This document shows positions 28,754 to 34,695 of a stretch of DNA of 34,695 nt, one piece after another. The first letter of the stretch is position 1. Every line of letters starts with the position of its first letter. The stretch lies in contig JAAFKI010000009.1 in assembly GCA_021399345.1 (NCBI GenBank), forward strand, positions 1 to 34,695, written 5' to 3'. The notes under the pieces are model-generated. The model saw nothing but the letters and a program-made list of their open reading frames with translations, did no database searches and was not told where the DNA came from. The stretch comes from Candidatus Heimdallarchaeota archaeon. GTDB lineage: Archaea > Asgardarchaeota > Heimdallarchaeia > Heimdallarchaeales > Heimdallarchaeaceae. Position numbers and translations under genes: made by a program.

Positions 28754-30151
28754 ATGGAATCTAATCCTCAAAAACCTACTTCATTTAAAGCAAAAACTAT
28801 TGTTCCTGATGATATTGAAGTTCCCTCGTTTGATTTTGAGAATTTATTATATGAACACTACAAAAAATATCCACAAACAGCTGCATTGGTTGAAAAACCC
28901 ATTTACCTAGAGGCTCTAATGAATCCTTTCAAAAGATTCTATCTTGTGCCTATTGCTCTTCTCAAGCTAAAATTAAATACAATTTTATCTTTAAAATGGA
29001 AGGATTTTCTAAAACTGTGGATTTTTATTGTGTTGATGTATATTCCATCATTGTTATTTGTAATGCTACCATTTCAAACGAATGGAAGGTTATTGTTTGA
29101 CATTATTTTCAATGTTGGAACTCCAATACTTATAGCAATTCTGTTATCACTATTCTACATGAAATATACTCATAATGGTTTTCTTGGGTTAACTCTTGCT
29201 AAGAGAGTAGAATGGTTAGAGAAACCGGTTAGAGAATATTATACTAAATATTATGATAGACATATTCCTAAGAATCCAATTATAATATTAGCTTCTTTAG
29301 CAACTGGAATTGGTATTCAAATTCCTATGTTAAAAGTCGCTTTTGGTAATAATCCTGTAACTTCAGTATTTGGTAATGTGGGGGCATCTATTCTTAATCC
29401 AGCATATTTTAGCAGCAATGCAGCAGAATTTTTTGGTATTCTTACATGTATATTCAGTCCTTTTCTATACTATATTTTCTTTGTAGCAGTCTATTTCATG
29501 TTCTTTAATACACGAATTTATTCCAAAATTCTTAAACCAATCAAACAAAAAATGGATGTTTACAGAAAGGAATATGGCACTCTTTTAATGAGAGAAAACT
29601 ACGATATAATTTGGTCTTTGGGAGATAAATGGTCAAGAGGAAGAACGATTAGTCAACTAGAAAATATACCTACAGCAGGTATACTATCTGCTCTGATCAT
29701 TATCATAGCTATGTTTATGGGTAATATAAATCAGCTAATGTACTCATCTCCTCCTCCTGGAATGCCTACACATAACGTAAATTTCATGTTTCTAAAAGCT
29801 GGACAACCCGCAACAATTCTAGTTGTAACTATTTCTGCTTTAATTGCTGTACTGATGGTTTTCTACGTAATCCTTCCATTATGGGCTTTCAGTATCAAAG
29901 CTAGAAAATTCAAAATTAAAGCACTCATGGAATTAGACAATTATATTTTCGCAAATGTGGTAGAATTCGGAGAAAAATATTCAGAAGAAGCAAAGAGAGA
30001 AAATGTTACAATGCTGCAACTAAGAGAATATGTAGCTTCAATGAGAATATTTCCAATATCAACGCAAAAAATATTCAAAACAATCATGATTATTGCTATA
30101 TGGGTGATAAACATACTCAAAATTATTAGGTCAGTAGGAGGAGGAATCTAA
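28754..30151 (+). CDS. Multi-pass membrane protein of unknown function
   Basis: About 7 hydrophobic segments. Its stop codon directly abuts the next ATG (TAA ATG). Confidence 0.85.
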   Translation: MESNPQKPTSFKAKTIVPDDIEVPSFDFENLLYEHYKKYPQTAALVEKPIYLEALMNPFKRFYLVPIALLKLKLNTILSLKWKDFLKLWIFIVLMYIPSLLFVMLPFQTNGRLLFDIIFNVGTPILIAILLSLFYMKYTHNGFLGLTLAKRVEWLEKPVREYYTKYYDRHIPKNPIIILASLATGIGIQIPMLKVAFGNNPVTSVFGNVGASILNPAYFSSNAAEFFGILTCIFSPFLYYIFFVAVYFMFFNTRIYSKILKPIKQKMDVYRKEYGTLLMRENYDIIWSLGDKWSRGRTISQLENIPTAGILSALIIIIAMFMGNINQLMYSSPPPGMPTHNVNFMFLKAGQPATILVVTISALIAVLMVFYVILPLWAFSIKARKFKIKALMELDNYIFANVVEFGEKYSEEAKRENVTMLQLREYVASMRIFPISTQKIFKTIMIIAIWVINILKIIRSVGGGI

Positions 30152-31291
30152 ATGTCTTGGCTTAAAAGAAAAATCTTCCGAAAGAAGATATCTATTTCAG
30201 TTATAGGTGTTGGTAACGCAGGATGCAAAATAGGTGAAAAACTTATTCAAGAGTTACGTGAAAGTAAAATCACCATAAAATCATTAGCGGTGAATCTAGC
30301 TGATAACTTTGAACCAAAAATCAGCAATTTTTCAGACAACTTCTGGTTTGGAGCAAAAGACTATGTTTCCTCAGATTATGATTTTGAGAAAGCATACAAA
30401 CAATTGAAAGCTAAAGAGATGGAGATGAAATCTAAACTAGAGAAAGTTGTCTTTTACAAACGTGATGAAAGAAAAGATGAAGACGATTTAGCTCTTCACC
30501 TAATAATAGGTAGTGGTGGCGGAACTGGTAGTGCTGGAACCATTATTGTTAGCAAGTTACTAGCTGATATAACAGGGGAACCACCAACAGTTATCTTCGT
30601 ATTACCGGAAAAAGATGAACCTTCACTTGTTCAATATAATTCTGCAAGAGCTCTACATTACCTCGGATTTGACACACTTGGTCCTCATTGTCCAATCATA
30701 TTATTTGACAATGAAAAACTCTTGAAACTCTACGAAGATGAGAGTATAGAAATAGTTCTAGAAAAAAGCAATGAGTTGCTAGCTGAAACCTTCACTACAA
30801 CTGTTCTTTCGGCTCTTCAAGAAAGCACTCATGAGGAATTCTACGCAGATCTAAATGATTTCTTCAAATCATTCTCTAGAGATGCTAGAGGTTTAGGGAT
30901 AATTATTTCTCTCGATAAGGAATTTGAAACTTTAGAAAAGGCTCAAAATACAAGATTTTCTGATCTCTTCTTTAATGAATTAGATGAAAGTTCAAGTTTA
31001 ACAGCTGATGTGACTAGGGCTAAATTAGGTTATTTAGCAATAACTATGCCAACAACTTATCAGTCTACATTTGAAACAAGAAAAATAGTCAAAAAATTCG
31101 AAAAAGGAGACATAAAAGTTTCTTTAAATCCCATAGATGAACCAATTTTAACGATTAGAGGAGTGCTCACTGGAATCCACCCCGATTACGTGGAAAGGTT
31201 CTGGGAAGTGCTTGAGAAGGGAAGAGATACTAGAAAGGAAATCATTGAGGCTGAAACAAAGATAAAAGAAACTTATATCGAAACCGAGTAG
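30152..31291 (+). CDS. Tubulin/FtsZ-superfamily GTPase (divergent, CetZ-like rather than canonical FtsZ)
   Basis: T1 VIGVGNAGCKIG, T2 AVNLA, T4 GSGGGTGSAG, T5 LPEKDE, T6 FDNEKL, T7-like ADLNDF. Confidence 0.9.
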   Translation: MSWLKRKIFRKKISISVIGVGNAGCKIGEKLIQELRESKITIKSLAVNLADNFEPKISNFSDNFWFGAKDYVSSDYDFEKAYKQLKAKEMEMKSKLEKVVFYKRDERKDEDDLALHLIIGSGGGTGSAGTIIVSKLLADITGEPPTVIFVLPEKDEPSLVQYNSARALHYLGFDTLGPHCPIILFDNEKLLKLYEDESIEIVLEKSNELLAETFTTTVLSALQESTHEEFYADLNDFFKSFSRDARGLGIIISLDKEFETLEKAQNTRFSDLFFNELDESSSLTADVTRAKLGYLAITMPTTYQSTFETRKIVKKFEKGDIKVSLNPIDEPILTIRGVLTGIHPDYVERFWEVLEKGRDTRKEIIEAETKIKETYIETE

Positions 31292-31331
31292 TTTTTCCTT
31301 CTACTCATTCAGTTTTTTTCTCCAAATAGAT

Positions 31332-32330
31332 ATGAATATAAATATACATAGCCAGAGTTTCATGAACATAATGAGTGTGAATAGTGAATGCCCCATTTGT
31401 TTTAGAAAAATACGTTCAACCTCAAAATTTTGCAAGTATTGTGGGGGTTCTCTTAAGAAATGTCCTGAATGTCAAAATTTGAATAAAGCAGAAGATCTTT
31501 TTTGTGCTGAATGCGGTTATGACATCAAAGACGTTGAAGTACCAGTCTCAACTCCTTCGCAAGTTGCTGGAAGAACTGGTGTTTTTCAACCGATCATTCA
31601 AAGAAGTGCTGGACAAGAGGATGACGATTCCCAACCTAAACTTATACTTTGGCCTCCTTTGCCAGCTCAGCAACCAAGCACAGCTGCTTATCCTAGACCA
31701 TTCCCTCCTGCTCAAAGAGCAATCCAGTTCACTGAAGTTGAACCAACTTATGAACCTGAAAAATTAGAGTATAAATATAAAAAAGTCAAGTTTATAGGTT
31801 TTCTTGAAGGATCTATTCCCAGTTCAAGTGCTTTAGCAGCTACTCTTGAAGCTTTTGGAATCGCTTTAATTCTAATTGCATTTGGTGTAGGTGTTGTTGC
31901 AATAGGATTAACCACTTTTAAGTCAGAGATTTTTGCAGTAATTATGGGTATAATTGGAAGTATTTTCGTCTTTTCGGCTCCTATGTTTGGTTTATATTTT
32001 ATTAGCTCAAGATGGCTTTACAGAGCATTTGAAATAAAAAGACCAGTTCGATTGAGCACAATAATCATGAATTATTCTCTAGGAGTACTAGTATTTGCTC
32101 TACTGGGTTTGATGTTAGCCCCAGTTTTCCTGTTAGGGGGAGCTATTGGTTGGACTCTTTCAGTAATAGGAGGAGTTGTAACAGTTATGGGGTTAATTGT
32201 TGTTCCTTTAAAAGCTTATTTGGCAGATTTGGTTTATGTTAAAGCAGCTGTAAATCTGAAGAACAAAGAAAAAGATAATGATTCAGAAGAAGAATCTGAT
32301 GAAGAAAAATCTGATGAAGAAAAAGATTAA
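31332..32330 (+). CDS. Double zinc-ribbon protein with Pro-rich linker, ~4 TM helices and acidic tail
   Basis: CPIC..FCKYCG..CPEC..FCAECG; WPPLPAQQP..PRPFPP; hydrophobic C-terminal half; DSEEESDEEKSDEEKD. The start may be a downstream ATG (31362 or 31371). Confidence 0.85.
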   Translation: MNINIHSQSFMNIMSVNSECPICFRKIRSTSKFCKYCGGSLKKCPECQNLNKAEDLFCAECGYDIKDVEVPVSTPSQVAGRTGVFQPIIQRSAGQEDDDSQPKLILWPPLPAQQPSTAAYPRPFPPAQRAIQFTEVEPTYEPEKLEYKYKKVKFIGFLEGSIPSSSALAATLEAFGIALILIAFGVGVVAIGLTTFKSEIFAVIMGIIGSIFVFSAPMFGLYFISSRWLYRAFEIKRPVRLSTIIMNYSLGVLVFALLGLMLAPVFLLGGAIGWTLSVIGGVVTVMGLIVVPLKAYLADLVYVKAAVNLKNKEKDNDSEEESDEEKSDEEKD

Positions 32331-32366
32331 GGAGTACTATATTACTTCTTTAGGATTAGAACTCCA

Positions 32367-32948
32367 TTAAGTCAGTTTTTTAATTAATTTTACCTTAGTA
32401 GCTGAATCATCTGTCTCGACAATATCACTGTTTCGCAAATCATGAATTGATCTAATAATAGCTGCAGGAGAGAATCCAGTGGTTTTAACTAGCTCATCCC
32501 TTGTCCATTCTTCCTTGTTGACGCCTTGGAGTAACAAGAGAATTTTAGTGTGGGGATTAGCAGCAAAGACCTTTTCAAAAAGAACGGTATAGATAGCTAG
32601 AAGATCTTGTATATCAATATCTTCAGCTCTTTCTTGGGCCATTTCTTCATATATCTCACGCAACCCTTTCATTTGTTCTTCAACGCTCTCAAACTTGATT
32701 TTATATTGATTGGCTTCTTTCAAAGCATCTTCAATAGAATTATCCTTTGTCTCATATTCTTTTTTGAGTTTAGAGAATTTTTCTTCTATATCCTTAAGCT
32801 TAGACTTCAAATCAGAGTTTTCTTTAATTATGTCATCAGAATAACTTGAAAGCTTTGTTAATACTGTTGGAAGTTCTGCGAATTTATCTTTAATTTGTGA
32901 GTAGAGTTCAATGAATTCTTCTAAGGGTGTTTTAGTTGTTCCTTCCAT
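32367..32948 (-). CDS. Coiled-coil protein with C-terminal winged helix-turn-helix
   Basis: Heptad-rich aa ~35-110; PHTKILLLL..WTRDELVKTTGFSPAAIIRSIHDLRNSDIVE. Confidence 0.75.
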   Translation of the reverse strand: MEGTTKTPLEEFIELYSQIKDKFAELPTVLTKLSSYSDDIIKENSDLKSKLKDIEEKFSKLKKEYETKDNSIEDALKEANQYKIKFESVEEQMKGLREIYEEMAQERAEDIDIQDLLAIYTVLFEKVFAANPHTKILLLLQGVNKEEWTRDELVKTTGFSPAAIIRSIHDLRNSDIVETDDSATKVKLIKKLT

Positions 32949-33007
32949 GATGTTTAGACGAGAATTTCCTTCAATATTAATTTTGTGTAATTACTAGGGG
33001 GAAATTG

Positions 33008-33024
33008 GCAAAAACTTATTTAAC
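33008..33024 (+). promoter_or_regulatory. Putative BRE/TATA for the nucleotidyltransferase gene
   Basis: gcaaaaacttatttaac about 25 nt upstream of ATG 33046. Confidence 0.4.
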
Positions 33025-33045
33025 CTTCTTCAAACCGATTAAAGC

Positions 33046-33753
33046 ATGGACTCGATTATACTCTGTGGAGGACTAGGAACTAGAATCCGAACTGTTACTC
33101 AAGACAGTTATCCAAAAGCTATGGTTGAAATCATGGGAAAAACCATTTTAGCTTGGGAATTGTCGTGGTTAAGAAAATATAACATAATACATGCTATTTT
33201 AGCTGTAAGATATTTAGCGGGATATATTGAAGAGCAGTTTGGAAGAGTATATGAAACACCCTATGGCCCAATAGAAGTTAGCTATAGTAGAGAAAAAGAG
33301 AAACTCGGCTCAGGAGGAGCAATAAAACTAGCACAGAGCTTTGTATCGAGTAATAATGTTGTTATTATGAATGGGGACATACTGACTAACTTCAACCTAG
33401 ATGAACTTGTTAAGCATCATATTGGAAGCAAAGAACTTGGAACCATAGCCGTTGTTAAAATGAGAAGTCCATTTGGAATCGTTGAAATAAAAAATGATGA
33501 TTGTATATCTGAATTCAGAGAAAAGCCTACACTAGATCATTGGATTCATGCAGGTATTGACTTATTCAAAACAGATATTTTGGATAGGTTTCCCAAAATA
33601 GGGCAAATGGAAGAAACAATTTTCGTAGAGTTAGCAAAGGAAAAACAACTGAAAGCTTTCAGAGTTGATCCTAAATTCTATTGGAGAAGCATTGATAGTC
33701 CTAAAGATCTCCAAGAAGCAGACAAAGAATGGAAGGGAATAGATTTAAAGTAA
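33046..33753 (+). CDS. Sugar-phosphate nucleotidyltransferase (NTP_transferase family)
   Basis: ILCGGLGTRIR, PKAMV, EKEKLGSGGAI, MNGDIL, FREKP. Confidence 0.93.
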   Translation: MDSIILCGGLGTRIRTVTQDSYPKAMVEIMGKTILAWELSWLRKYNIIHAILAVRYLAGYIEEQFGRVYETPYGPIEVSYSREKEKLGSGGAIKLAQSFVSSNNVVIMNGDILTNFNLDELVKHHIGSKELGTIAVVKMRSPFGIVEIKNDDCISEFREKPTLDHWIHAGIDLFKTDILDRFPKIGQMEETIFVELAKEKQLKAFRVDPKFYWRSIDSPKDLQEADKEWKGIDLK

Positions 33754-34554
33754 AATATTTGAGGTAGAGGGATCCCAATCAAATCTTTTCTGGAGATAAG
33801 GTGATTCGAAACCAATCCCTTTGTAAAGCAATTCAGCTCCAGAATTTTTCTGAGCTTGAAGACAAAAACGGAGATGAGGATTCAGTTGAATCTTTTCTGT
33901 AAGATAATTGGACATCATAGTTTTTGCATACCCACTTCGTCGATATTTTTTCTTAGTACCTACTCCATATATTCCAATATAGTTTTTATCCTTAAACGAG
34001 CAGAAGCAACTCACATCCTTATTAGAAACCTTACCCACATAAAACTCAATCCCATTCTCATGTTGCTTCTTTACCATAGAAGTAATGTATTTTTTCAGAT
34101 GAGAAGGATAGATAAAAGAATCAAAAAAGACTGATATCCAACGATTGACTTTCTTCAGGGAGAGTAAGTCTATTTCAAGAGAGGGAAGAGGAGTAATCTT
34201 ATCTTTGTAATCTCCTTTCCATGACATTACAACTGTATCTAGATGATATTGGATTAGTTTCTTATTTCTCAAAAGCTTTGAATTCTTCTGAAAGGTATCG
34301 TTGTTATACACTTTGATAATATAGTATTCCTTACCATCTGAGAAGTAAGAATGTGTGAAATCTAGAAAGTCTTGGAAATTTTCATCTCCATATTTTGTTG
34401 GAACAACGTAGCTATAAGTTTCAATGGATTTATTTTTTATGAAATAACCTAACTCATTTAATACAACTTCAGAATCTGGCATATAATAATAAAAGCCATA
34501 TTCATTTAAGTCTAATAATTCCCTTTCACTTGGAATTGTATTTTCGTTAGTCAT
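33745..34554 (-). CDS. GNAT-family N-acetyltransferase
   Basis: Motif A IYGVGTKKKYRRSGYAK; motif B GAELLYKGIGF. The 3' end overlaps the convergent neighbour by 9 nt. Confidence 0.85.
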   Translation of the reverse strand: MTNENTIPSERELLDLNEYGFYYYMPDSEVVLNELGYFIKNKSIETYSYVVPTKYGDENFQDFLDFTHSYFSDGKEYYIIKVYNNDTFQKNSKLLRNKKLIQYHLDTVVMSWKGDYKDKITPLPSLEIDLLSLKKVNRWISVFFDSFIYPSHLKKYITSMVKKQHENGIEFYVGKVSNKDVSCFCSFKDKNYIGIYGVGTKKKYRRSGYAKTMMSNYLTEKIQLNPHLRFCLQAQKNSGAELLYKGIGFESPYLQKRFDWDPSTSNILL

Positions 34555-34695
34555 TTCTGATAGTCTTTTTACCTAACAAAAGATAAATCTTGCTTTTAGG
34601 TAATTTTTACTCGAGCAAAAAAGATTTAAAGTGTCTTTTTTTCTGCAATTTGAAGTTCAATGAGTGTCAGATACGATAAAGATACAAGAAAAGCT

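Noticed and set aside
30152-31291. Gene symbol ftsZ, cetZ or true tubulin
   Set aside because: Lacks the FtsZ NTD/GAG/PFxFEG motifs and tubulin-specific motifs; the subfamily cannot be assigned by eye.
22898-34134. Remaining short ORFs overlapping longer genes (e.g. 24607..24882, 28032..28349, 31504..31767, 33856..34134)
   Set aside because: Fully nested in well-supported CDSs, with no recognisable motifs.
33745-34554. GNAT as the Alba or tail acetyltransferase
   Set aside because: About 25 kb from alba, and nothing in the sequence identifies its substrate.

Overview
AT-rich (roughly 30% GC by eye), gene-dense archaeal chromosomal window. The gene content (topoisomerase VI A/B, Alba, a Rab-like small GTPase, tubulin/FtsZ-superfamily proteins, archaeal TATA-like promoters) points to an Asgard archaeon, probably Heimdallarchaeia-like (inference). 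No RNA genes, CRISPR arrays or mobile elements were seen. Three things stand out. (1) A 4204-aa topoisomerase VI subunit B: an intact GHKL/H2TH/transducer core followed by about 3500 aa of tandem ~60-aa HhH-like (RadA-N / RNAP alpha-CTD-like) repeats, a histone-H1-like K/P/A/T tail and a PIP-box-like motif. It is coupled to an N-terminally extended top6A and converges on an Alba carrying the same KKAPAK tail. (2) A two-TM protein with recognisable CD36/LIMP-2 (scavenger receptor class B) motifs and an inserted LVIVD beta-propeller. (3) A divergently arranged pair of paralogous tubulin/FtsZ-superfamily genes, one with the GGGTGS motif and one lacking it, both starting with an MSW-basic amphipathic N-terminus. 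There is also an operon of a degenerate CPBP/Rce1-like membrane protein, a Rab-like GTPase and a HEAT-repeat protein. All family assignments were made by eye from motifs; no searches were run.
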